Shown here: piece after piece, positions 25,201 to 36,898 of the stretch
Numbering within the stretch: position 1 is the stretch's first letter
How the letters are laid out: each line of letters starts with the position of its first letter
Origin: Chiloscyllium plagiosum
Lineage: Eukaryota
NCBI RefSeq assembly: GCF_004010195.1
Contig: NC_057713.1
Span: 102,648,698 to 102,712,697 of the forward strand
Direction: 5' to 3'
Length of the DNA: 64,000 bases
The notes under the pieces: model-generated
What the model saw: only the letters and a program-made list of their open reading frames with translations
The model's database searches: none
What the model was told of the DNA's origin: nothing
Position numbers and translations under genes: made by a program

Positions 25201-25740
25201 ACTGAATGGCCTTCGTTTACAAAGAAAGAATCCATGATTCATTAAATTTTCAAGAGTGGGATTAGATGCACCTGGTACATTTCAATCAATAGTTTCCAAA
25301 TCTCTTGAGGAGTAACCATAACACACAGGGTCCATTCAGTCTCTAGGAATCATTACGCCCAGTAGTTAGTCTACTTTTAAGCCAGTGAGTAGCTTTGGAT
25401 CCCAGTCAAATCTAAATGCAATACTTCATCAGCAAGTAGATTACCATAGATCTCTCACAAATTTATGTGACAGGCACAAAGATTAAAAGATGGATTGGCA
25501 GTTCCAAAGTGTGCATAGATTTATCAGATCCTCTCATTTGTTCACTTTCCAGAACTCAGATATGCAGTCATTTTTTTCTAATTCAGTCACACTAATGATG
25601 CTGCTTTGTATTGTTCAGCACAAAATTGTCTTGATGATCCTTGAAGGGGGCGATGTGTGGTGCAGGTATTCTCAATGTGGTGTTGTAGTGTTTCATTTTG
25701 AATAGCTGTGGGGTTGTTATATGACAGTGTTTGCTGTGGA

Positions 25741-25848
25741 GTCGAGAGTGTGGTGCTGGAAAAGCACAGCAGGTCAGGCAACATCTGAGGAACAGGAGAA
25801 TCAACGTTTCAGGCATAAGCCCTTCACCAGGAATACCTCACTTTCTCC
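25741..25848 (-). mobile_element. Short Penelope-type repeat
   Basis: TSD CAGTGTTTGCTGTGGA at 25725-25740 and 25849-25864. Confidence 0.75.
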
Positions 25849-26079
25849 CAGTGTTTGCTGTGGATCCAAAATCACACATAGTGCAGACTCAGTAGTAACA
25901 GCAGATTTCCTCATTTGTTTTAACAATGTCGTCATTTATTGGACAGTGTTGCTGACACCTTTTTAAAAGAAAATGATTTAATTGTCTGAATTTAGAATTC
26001 CAGATACGGTGTTGGAATTTCAAACGTACCTCCAGATAATTGATCCATTATACCATGAGTTCAGTAAGTCCAGCAACAT

Positions 26080-28315
26080 AACATACGAACATAAGAAATT
26101 GGAGCAGTAGTAGGTCATCTGGCCCACCGAGCCTGTTCCCCCATTCAATAAGATCATGACTGATCTTTTCGTGGACTCAGCTCCATTTACCTGCTCACTC
26201 ACCATAACACTTAATTTCTTTCATGTTTGAAAATATACCTAACATTGCTATAAAGCCACTTAAGGAGGTAGCCTCAATTGCTTCTCTTGGTAGGGAGTTC
26301 AATAGATTCACAACCCTTTGGGTGAAGAAGTTCCTCCACAACCAGTCCTAAATCTTCTTAGCCTTATGTTGAGGACATGTCCCCGATTCTTGTGTCACCT
26401 GCCAATGGAAACAACCTCTCTGCTTCTATCTTATCTATTCTCTCCATAATTTTATATGTTTTTGTAACATCCGCTCTCATTGATCTAAGTTCCAATGAGT
26501 ATAGTCCTGGTTTACTCAATCTCACATCACAAGCCAACCCATCTCAACTCCAGAATCAATCTATTGACCCTCTTGTGCACCCCCTCCAGTGCCAGTACAT
26601 CCTTTCACAAATAAGATAACGAAAATGTACACAGTACTCCAGGTGTGGCCTCAGCAGAACCCTATACAGATGCACCACAACCTCCCGATTTTTAAACTCC
26701 ACCACTCTAGCAATGAAGGGCAATATTCCATTTGCCTTCTTAATTACCTGTTGCACCTGAAAACCAGCTTTTTGTGATTCATACACAAGGACCCTCTGCA
26801 TAGCAGCATAACACAACTTTTCACTATTTAAATAATAGTTCATTTTGCTGTTATTCCTACCAAAATGGATAATATCACATCCACCAACATTGTACTCCAA
26901 CTACCAGACCCTTGCCCACTCACTTAACATATCTCTTTTTTTATGCAAACTTTCAGTGTCCTCTGCACACTTTGCTGTTAGTGTCATCTGCGAATTATGA
27001 CACACTACACCTGGTCCCCAACTCTAAATCATATATAAATTGTGAACAAGTACAGTCCCAACACTGGTTCCTGAGGCACATCATTAGCCACTGATTGCCA
27101 ACCAGAAAAACACCTATTTATCCCACTATTTCCTTTCTGTTACTTATCCAGTCTTCTATCAATGCTAAAACATTACCTGTAATGCTGTATTTTGTGAGGC
27201 ACCTTGTTGAATGCCTTCTGCAAATCCAGATACACCATATCCACTGGTTCCTAGTGGCCCGCCGCAGTCATAATGTCCCCATAGAATTTCACAGTTTTAG
27301 TTAAAATGACCTGCTTTACATAAATCCATGCTGTTTCAGTCCTATGAGACAATTTCTATCCAGGTGTCATGCTATTTCTTCTTTGATTATACTTTCAAGG
27401 AATGTTCCCACTACAGAAATTGAGGTGACGGGCCTATAGCTACTTGCCTTTTGTTTACCTCCCTTCTAAAACAGTGGCATTATGTTTGCTGTGTCCCAAT
27501 CTGCTGGAACCACCTCAGAGTCCAGCAAAGTTTCATAAATTACCACGAGCCAGTGGCCAGGAAGCCTGTCTACCTTTAGCCCCATTAGCTTGCCTAACAC
27601 TAGCTCTTTAGCGATAATGATCATTTCTAGGTCCTCACGGCTCATAGCCTCCTTGTCAACAAGTATTAGCATGTTTTTCATTTCTTCTACTGTGAAGACC
27701 GACACAAAATACCTGTTCAATGCCTCGGCTATTTCATCATTTCCCATTATTAAATCCCCCTTCTCATCCTCTAAAGGACCAATGCTTATCTTAGCCACTC
27801 TTTTTCATTTTATATATTTGCTACCCATTTTTATATTCTGAGCTAGTTTATTCTCATAATCTATCTTACCTTGATTTATAGTTCTTTTTTTTCTTGGCTT
27901 TTAGTTGACTTTTAAATATGTCCCAATCCTTTAGTTTCCACTATTCTTTGCCACTTTGTATGTATTACATTTCAATTTGATACCTTCTTTTATTTCCTTA
28001 GTTATCCGTGGCTGATTATCCCTTTCCTACAGACCTTCCTTTTCACTTGTATATACTTTTGCTGAGCACTGTGAAAAATGGCTTTGAAAGTCCTCGACTG
28101 TTCCTCAATTGTCCCACCATATAGTCTTTGCTGCAACCTACCTTAACCAACTCCTCCCTGATACAGTTGGAGTCTCCTTTGCTTACACATGAGACACTGG
28201 TCTTGGATTTTACCCTCTCACCCTCCATCCATTTTAAAAATTCAATCAGACTGTGATCGCTCCTTCCGAGATGATCCCAAAGTGAGTTCTTTAATTATTT
28301 GTCTCATTACACAGG
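26080..28315 (-). mobile_element. Degenerate CR1 LINE
   Basis: IGPLEDEKGDLIMGNDEIAEALNRYFVSVFT, VPADWDTANIMPLF, RPHLEYCVHF. Confidence 0.88.
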
Positions 28316-28499
28316 CTTTTGGACTCTGACCTCCAGCATGTGCAGTCCTCACTATCTCCAAGGTGACAGGAAAGTTACACTGGATGATTTGGTTTTCCTT
28401 TCTGAAATATCCAGTATCAATGTTATACTATAGGTGAACTGAAAACCTTAATGCATTATGGGAGCTTCAAATAGAGCCAGTGTAAAATAATGTGAGCGG

Positions 28500-30325
28500 G
28501 ACTAAGAACGTTACTAAGATAAATCTTAGTTTGCAGAGCATTTGCAATAAAGTGGATGATTAGTCATGCAAATACGTGTAAGCGGGTGACGGGTTGTTGG
28601 GTTTACAGAGACTTGGCTGTGGGGATGGGACCTGAATATTTAGGGGCATTCAGTTTTTAGAAAGGGCAGATAAAAAGGAAAGGGGGGGGGGGTGGCTCGG
28701 GATGGCATTGTTGATTTAAAGAGGACATTAACACAACAGCAAGGAAGGATATGGGCTCCCAAACTGCAGTGTTAATGGTGGGAAAGACTTTATCAAGAAA
28801 TTTAAAGATACAAGACATAAAGATACAGCTGTAATTACAGGCAACTTTAATCTGCATATAGGTTGAGCAAATCAAATCAGTAATTATGCTATAAAGGATT
28901 AATTCCAGGAATATGTATGACATGGTTTTATGGATCAAAATGGAACTATAAACCAGTGAGCCTGATGTCGGTGGTGGACAAGTTGTTGGAGTGAATCCTG
29001 AGGGACAGGATGTACATGTATTTGGAAAGGCAAGGACTGATTAGGGATAGTCAACATGGCTTTATGTGTGGGAAAGCATGTCTCATAAACTTCATTGAGT
29101 TTTTTTGAAAAAGTAATAAAGAGGATTGATGAGCGCAGAGCAGTAGATGTGATGTATATGGACCAGTAAGGCGTTTGACAAGGTTCCCCATTGGAGACTG
29201 GTGAACAAGGTTAGATCTCATGGAATACAAGGAGAAAACACCATTTGGATGCAGAATGGCTCAATGGTAGAAGACAGAGGGTGGTGGAGGGTTGTTTTTT
29301 CAGACTGGAGGCCTGTGACCAATGGAGTGCCACAACGATCGGTGCTGGGTTCTCTACTTTTTGCCATTTACATAAAATGATTTGGATGCGAGCATAAGAG
29401 GTACAGTTAGTAACTTTGCAGATGATACCAAAATTGGAGGTGCAGTGGACAGCGAAGAAGGTTATCTCAGATTACAACAGGATCTGGATCACATGGACCA
29501 ATGGGCTGAGAAGTGGCAGACGGAGTTTAATTTAGATAAATGAGGTGCTGCATTTTGGGAAAGCAAATCTTAGCAGGACTCATACACTTAATGATCTGGT
29601 AAGGTCCTAGGGAGTGTTACTGAACAAAGAGTGCAGGTTCATAGCTCCTTGAATATGGAGTCACAGGTAGATAGCATAATGAAGAAGGCATTTGGTATGC
29701 TTTCCTTTATTGGTCAGAGTATTGAGTATAGGAGTTGGGAGGTCATGTTGCGGCTATACAGGACAGTGGTTAGGCCACCATTGCAATATTGCATACAATT
29801 CTGGTCTCCTTCTTATCGGAAAGATGTTGTGAGACTTGAAAGGGTTCAGAAAATATTTACAAGGATGTTGCCAGGGTTGAAGGATTTGACCTATAGGGAG
29901 AGGTTGAATAGGCTAGGGCTGTTTTCCCTGGAGTGTTGGAGGCTGAGGGGTGAACTTACAGAAGTTTATAAAATCATGAGGGGCATGGATAGGATAAATA
30001 GACAAAGTCTTTTCTCTGGGGTGGGGGAGTCCACAACTAGAGGCATAGGTTTAGGGTGAGAGCGGAAAGGTATAAAAGAGACCTAAGAGGCAACCTTTTC
30101 AAGCCGAGGGTGGTACCTTTATGGAATGAGCTGCCAGACGAAGTGGTGGAGGCTAGTAGAACATGTAAAAGGCATCTGGATAGGTATATGAATAGGAAGG
30201 GTTTGGAGGGATATGGGCTGCGTGCTGGCAGGTGGGACTAGATTGGGTTGGGATATTTGGTCTGCATGGACGGGTTGGATCGAAGGGTCTGTTTCAGTGC
30301 TGTACATCTCTACGGCTCTATGACC
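28500..30325 (+). mobile_element. CR1 LINE fragments (endonuclease relic about 28500-28940, RT-to-3' copy about 28945-30325)
   Basis: YKPVSLMSVV, FADDTKIGG, QYCIQFWSP motifs and CTCTATGA tail. Confidence 0.88.
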
Positions 30326-31142
30326 CAATCTAGGAGCTTTCTCCCTCGTAGGTACTGTTCAGGAAATTATCGTGGATACATACCATGAACGCCTCCTGAA
30401 GACTGCCTTGACCGAGTTGGTTTGACTGATGAACATCCAGATTAAAATCCTCCCATGATAATTGCCGTACTACTTTTACATGCATTAGTTATTTCTTTGT
30501 TTTTTTTTTGCCCACCCCGCCGTGATGTTATTACTGGTGGCCGACAAACTTCGCCCATCAGTGAATGACAACCTGTATCCCGATTGTAGATCTTTGGAAT
30601 CAGCAGGATAGTAAACAATAATTAAAGTAATTCGTTCAGAGCACCTATTTTGCCAATATTTCGGGAATCTAACCATCGAGGAAGTGCAGCGAATTTGCTA
30701 ATGCTATTGCCACAGTTATGTCTGCTTCACTCCACACCCTCACCACTCACTGCTGACTTCAGTCTACCTGTACACATCTCCCAGACTGGATTGGACTGAG
30801 CGAGCAGATGAATTCGGAACAGCTTGTTTAAAAGTTACAATCCTAAACGGAATTTTGAATTAACACTTTCCGTGTCTGTGATACCAAAAGAAGTAAACAA
30901 GGAACAATTAAAGACAGAGAGTAAGTATTCTCACATTTTATAAAGAGGCATTAAACTCGGCGGGAGCAATTTACGGCAGATGCTGGAATCTGTACTGAAA
31001 CTAAGAAATGCTGGAGATCACAGCGTCCATGGAGGGAAAGCAAGTCAACGTGGTGACCGCTCTGATGAAGAATCGTCTCGACTTGAAGCGTTTGCTTGCT
31101 TTCTCACAATGGATGCCGCCTGACCCGTTGAGATCCGTTCTG

Positions 31143-31400
31143 GGCGGCACGGTGACACAGTGGTTAGCACTGCTGCCTCACAGTGTCAGAGACCCGGGTT
31201 CAATTCCCGCCTCAGGCGACTGACTGTGTGGAGTTTGCACGTTCTCTGCGTGGGCTTGCTCCGGTTTTCTCCCACAGTCTAAAGATGTGCAGGTCAGGTG
31301 AATTGGCCACGCTAAATTGCCCGTAGTGTTAGGTGAAGGGGTAAATGTATGGGTGGGTTGCGGGTCGGTGTGGACTTGTTGGGCCTAAGTAATCTAATCT
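31143..31400 (+). mobile_element. HE1-type SINE immediately upstream of the V-B promoter
   Basis: GGCGGCACGGTGACACAGTGGTTAGCACTGCTGCC head, GGTTCAATTCCC B box, TAATCTAATCT tail. Confidence 0.88.
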
Positions 31401-31544
31401 GCAGCAGTTTTGTTTTAAGTGGGCGGGTTCAATTTATGCAGAGCAAGGAAATTCCCGCCTTTGGGGGAGAGAGGCGGAAGACACCTTGCCTCCTTTATAG
31501 ATATAACCTTGAGCAGCACTAACCTCGTAGCCAGTCATTGCACG

Positions 31545-31953
31545 ATGTTCCGGGTGATTGTGGCGCTAGTTTTATCATGTACGCACTTATATTTATTTAG
31601 ACGTCATGTTAGTCCACCATTCATCATCGTTTTCAATCGAATTTTGTTCTTTTTTTTCCAGATGGGCGTTTGGCTGAATGTTTCTCACAGACACCGATGT
31701 CATATGTGAGCAAGCTCGGTAAAAGTGTCAGATTTAAGTGTAACCTAGACAGCGGGAGCACTGTAGTCCATTGGTACCAGCACCGAGAGGGTCAGGCGCC
31801 CTCCAGAATACTTTATTATGACAGCAAGGTCAATCGGGATTCGGAATTCGGCAGCAGGTTTAAAGCGGATAAGCAGAACACTGTGTGCACTTTGATCATC
31901 AATGACATCGTGAAGGAAGACTCTGCCACTTATTACTGCGCCTATTGGGACCG
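31545..31953 (+). CDS. TRGV: TRG V segment, family B, intact (leader exon 31545-31578, intron 31579-31661, V exon 31662-31953)
   Basis: Leader MFRVIVALVLS, GT donor, long poly-T tract plus CAG acceptor, in frame. FKC, VHWYQH and EDSATYYCAYW motifs. Confidence 0.93.
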
Positions 31954-31992
31954 CACAGTGTTCAACAGAGACAGAAATGCTTAACAAAAACG
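31954..31992 (+). other. 23-RSS of V-B
   Basis: CACAGTG 31954-31960, 23-nt spacer, ACAAAAACG 31984-31992. Confidence 0.93.
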
Positions 31993-32425
31993 CGTCTCTT
32001 AGCTCGCTCCTCCCACAGCTAGCATAAAAATAACAACTTATATTTATAAAGCGCCACTAACGTAGACACATCATAAAAGAAAATTTAATATAAGGCTAGG
32101 TGTGTGTCGGTGGATGTGTATTTGAGGCGGGCTCTAATTTTTTAATTGTGTGGGGCCACTTTGGGTATGATATGAGTTAGCATGTAAGTGCCGAGTTGGA
32201 TTTGAATTAGATAGAATGTTTTAGTGAATTTCATGAAATCACTTATGATCAATTTACGTATATTTTTACTCAAGCTGTGTATTAAACTGCATAACACGCT
32301 CAGACGCAGCACAGTTTCTGTGAAATTGCGAAGTGGCTGAACCAGCCTTAACCCGGGGGCCTTATTCGGAAATGGAATGTTAGGATGATCCGGATGATCC
32401 GAAAAAGGCCGTCATTGAATTTAGC

Positions 32426-32677
32426 TGGAAATGTGTTGCTGGAAAAGCGCAGCAGGTCAGGCAGCATCCAGGGAACAGGAGAATCGACGTTTCGGGCATA
32501 AGCCCTTCTTCAGGAAGGAGCAATAAAGTTCTCTGGGGGGGAAAGAGTCCATTCCTGAAGAAGGGCTTATGCCCGAAACGTCGATTCTCCTGTTCCCTGG
32601 ATGCTGCCTGACCTGCTGCGCTTTTCCAGCAACACATTTCCAGCTCTGATCTCCAGCATCTGCAGACCTCACTTTCT
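32426..32677. mobile_element. Penelope-type inverted-repeat insertion with captured local DNA in the loop
   Basis: TSD CGTCATTGAATTTAGC at 32410-32425 and 32678-32693. Inverted arms surround 32515-32551. Confidence 0.82.
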
Positions 32678-33742
32678 CGTCATTGAATTTAGCCAAGGAT
32701 GGGAATGAAGCACATCTTTCGGAGAGGAGTTGGGATGGCACCTCGGAAGATCGGGAGTGGTGCAGAATGGGTGCTGTCACCTTTCCAATTTGTAAAAAAA
32801 GAATGTGCTTGGCTAAAACAGGCAATTTCTGAATTTGGGTAAAGCACTGTCCACGAGACAGGCTATATAAATGTTGAATCCTCGGTTTTTTTTTCGTTGT
32901 GGACGACTCGCCCAATGTTAGCTCAATGAAGGATCGTTGACCTATACTGGAAGGCTCCTGATATTATTTCGTATCATAATCTACCACAATAGCAAAAAAA
33001 AAACATTTTGGCAATGTCCCATCCATTCACAATGGATTCCATTAAAATGTTAAACTGTGATGACAAATTCAATAATCTTGGTTCGCATTCCCTTGATTAA
33101 GAACCGGTTTATTTGAGCTACTTGAAATGATAAAGATTTCGGAGTGCGTAGATAAGGAGCAATAAAGTTCTCTGGTGGGGAAAGAGTCCAGAAAGATTGG
33201 ACAAAATGTTAAAATTATTCCCGGGTCACTCAGGGATGATTTCAGAAAGCGCCGAGGAGTGGAGTCCCCACCCCCTAAAATGCTCAGATGTTCAGGATCA
33301 AATTAAACTTCATGATTCTGCTGTTACTTGTGCCACATTCTCTGGACCCACCTTTTGTTTCTGTTCACTTCCCATTACTATCAGTTTCCTTTGCACCTCA
33401 CATCCCTTGAGATATCTAACTCTCCCATCCTCCACTCGGTCGCAGATTTCCCTTGTGTTGATACCTTCCCTATTTCCCTGCCTTCGCTCTGGGTTAAAAA
33501 CCCTGTCGACATCTCAGCGTTTTCCAGCTCAGGTTTCTGAAACGTTAGCTCGGTTTCTCTCTCCACAGCTGCTGCTGGAGTATTTCCAACATTTTCTGTT
33601 TATATTGCAAATAACCGACCTGGAGGGCAGGGGGCGGAGTTCAACCCTGACCAATGTCTCACTGATTGGTTTGAAAGAAGCGATTCATGTCTTTTTAGTT
33701 TCTATCCAGCTGCTTGAGAGAACAGTTGAAGATCGATTGAAC

Positions 33743-34182
33743 ATGTCGCTGTATTACTGGCTCATGGTGGTAACCACTTTGCCCTGTATGTGTTTCTGAC
33801 GCTATTTTCCGTTCTTGTTGTTCATTCGCCTCCACACGTCGTTTATTTGTAACCCTGTATATTCTTTCCTTAGGCGGATATTTTGCACAAACATTGAAAC
33901 AGACTGTCCCATCCATTACCAAAAATGTGGGTAAAATCTCTCGATTCAAATGCGAAGTCGAAGGATTAACTATCAGTAGCAATGATCCCCTTCACTGGTA
34001 TCAGCAAAAACCCGGTCAGGCACTCACCCGAATCCTTTATTATGGATCAGGCATATCGAGGGATTCGGGATTTGGTGATCGGTTCAAAGCTGAGAAATCT
34101 AAAAATAACGAATTCTCCCTCAGAATCGAAAAATTACAGAAAGAGGACACGGCCACCTATTACTGTGCGTGCTGGATAGATA
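33743..34182 (+). CDS. TRGV: TRG V segment, family A copy 2, intact (leader exon 33743-33785, intron 33786-33873, V exon 33874-34182)
   Basis: Paralog of 623-1063. Open frame, conserved splice sites, ends EDTATYYCACWID. Confidence 0.93.
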
Positions 34183-34221
34183 CACACTGCGAGGCATCAG
34201 TGCAATGTTTGTACAAAAACA
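34183..34221 (+). other. 23-RSS of V-A2
   Basis: CACACTG 34183-34189, 23-nt spacer, ACAAAAACA 34213-34221. Confidence 0.9.
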
Positions 34222-35343
34222 CAACCCATTTGAAGCTCAGCTATCCGAGAAACCCACACATTCCTCCCTGGGTAAAGTAGCAACAACAGCACAGCTGGAG
34301 CTGGGTCTGAGCTTTTTCCGCCTGAATCCGTGAATTGGCGAGTGATGTGACGCCAGCCAAGTCTCAGCCGCGTTGATCACCTTACCTCTTCTGATCTTAG
34401 AGGGAACGCACCGAGAGCCGACTCACTGTGGCGTTCGCGGCTTTGGGGAGAGCAGGATGCGCGCTGCCGATGTTGCGGTGATGTTCTCCCTGTGCGGGAG
34501 GGTGGAGTTATTTATTTGCGGAGATGTTTCTTTAGTCAGGGTGTTGGCAATCCACAGCCACCGCTGGAGCAGTGTCAACCCGCCCAATGTCGCTGGTGGA
34601 CGGGGATGGATCAGGGAAGCCTGGGTGTTAGTTAGCTCTGGTCCCATTGCAGCAAGAAAGGACACGTCAACATGTAATTTCCCGTTATTTCACATACGGC
34701 GTCTTGAGCCGAGTAAACGGAGATACTGTACAAAACCATGCTTCTGTTTTACTTGGAGTTAGTTGTGATCTGGAACAGTACTGAAAAGATGGTGGAAACA
34801 GATCCTGGAGTCACTTCCGAAAGCAAACGAGGCAACGATTTGAAATTATACAGGACATTGGTGAGGACGCACCTGGAATATTGTGCGCAGTTTTGGTCTC
34901 CTTATTTGAGGAATGTGCAGTGAAGGTTTACCAGATACACTCCTGGCATGGCAAGACTGATTTATCAACAGAGATTGAGTCGGTTAGGATTGTATTGAGT
35001 GGAAGTTAAGAGAACGAGTGGGAATCTCATAGAAACCAATATAATTCTAACACCACTAGACTGGTTCCATGCAGGAAAGATGCTCCCGATGGCGGAAGAA
35101 TCCAGAACTAGGAGTCACAGTTTAAGGAAACAGATAAGGGCCTTTTAGGACTGAGATGTGGAGAAGTATCTTCAGCCCAGAGAGATGGAAATCATTACTA
35201 CAGAAAATGTTCCAGGCCACAAATATTGAATGTTTTCAAGAAGGAGGCAGATATAGTTCTTGATGTGAAAGGGAACAAGGTAAGTTGGGATGGGGGAGGA
35301 AGAGGGTGGTAGGGAAGGCAGGATAAGAGTATTAAACTCCATG

Positions 35344-35663
35344 GTCTAGATTAGAATGGTGCTGGAAAAGCACAGCAGGAATAGAGCTCTATTTCTGATG
35401 AAGGGCTTTTGCCTGAAACGTCGATTTTCCTGCTCCTCGGATGCTGCCTGACCTGCTGTGCTTTTCCAGCACCATTCTAATCTAGAGGAGAAAGTGAGGA
35501 CTGCAGATGCTGAAGACCAGAGTTGAAAAATGTGGTGCTGGAAAAACACAGAATGCCAGGCAGCATCCGAGCAGGAGAATCGACGTTTCGGGCATAAGCC
35601 CTTCTTCAGGAATCACTCTGATCTAGACTCTGGTTTCCAGCATCTGCAGTCCTTGTTTTTACC
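35344..35663. mobile_element. Composite Penelope-type repeats (two subfamilies)
   Basis: TSD TATTAAA(C/A)TCCATG at 35330-35343 and 35664-35677. CTGATGA-stem-GAAACGTC from 35395. Confidence 0.72.
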
Positions 35664-36898
35664 TATTAAAATCCATGATCAGCCATCATCACGTGGTGGA
35701 ACAGGGTCGACGAGTGGAATGGCATATTCCTGTTCCTATTTTCATTGATTCTGTGTTTCAGGGCTACAAGGAAAAGACAATGCAATTGATTAGAAAGCTT
35801 TTCCAAAGAAGCAGAACTGACAGAACGATACGCAGAGGCTAGCATTTTTTTTCCGATCCAAAATATTACGTTTAGTGAATTTGCTGCAAATTGTAACTTC
35901 AAAAGACCCCGATAACTGGCTCTCCGGATGGACAAGGCAGGAGGTTAAAATAGCTGCCAGTGTTAATATCACCTGGCGTCTCTCCCGATCATGAAGTCAT
36001 ATCCGCTACTATTTTCAGATGATGTCCTGAAACACTAACTTGCTGTCGGGAGTGTTGAAGCAAAAAAGTTTTTTTTAATAAATATTTTTATTGAAAAGCT
36101 TTTTAAAATCTTTCACAAAACATTTATATATAAAGAAAAAAATCATCAAAACAGAAAAAACAAAACTACAAAGAACAAGGCCATAACACTGTACCATTGT
36201 TACTAAACAACCCACTATTCTACCAAAACAAACCTATCTATTTAATTAAAACTAAACTACAAACTTATTGAATAAATACTAGCTTAAATTACATTCAAGT
36301 TACTTAAATTAGATAATGTCTTTGTACTTTATTCCATCACACCTCCACTGAGGCTCCCATCCTAGGAATATCCCCTGCAGTACCCATATTCTTTTCTTTC
36401 CAATCTCCTCCTTCTGTGACCCCACAGGCACCCATAAAGATTCCCACGGCTATACCATGGCCCTGATTAATATTGCCGACAAGTCAGTTTCAATATTTTT
36501 TAAAAAGGGCCATCACATCCTATAAAACTGTTCCGTTTTGTGGTGCACCATATTTGTGAAGTAATCTTGGGGGAGATCCTCCTTCACCAGCTTACGCCAC
36601 CCCATAAGACCTGGTGGTTTTTCTGATGTTCAGTTTAATAAGATGTTCTTCCTCGCGCAATGGGCAAGGATATTACACAGTCTTTTCCCATGTTCCCCCA
36701 GAGAGGGGAAGTTTGGCAGCCGCAAAAGAAGAATGACTGGATCCATGTTAATTTCAGTCCTCAGAATGTCCTTTAACTCCCTTTCTATAGTACTCCAATA
36801 TCTTTGTATCTTGCAACATGACCAATAACAATGTATGAGAGTACCTATATTAATTTTACTTTTGAGACATTCTGATGGCACTCCTCTCTTAAACTTAG

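Noticed and set aside
25712-25910. Weak RSS-like GGTTGTTAT...TGCTGTG and a minus-strand TACTACTGA resembling a decayed J or V end
   Set aside because: Spacer is 11 nt, the heptamer is poor, and there is no FGXG or V framework. Consistent with chance.
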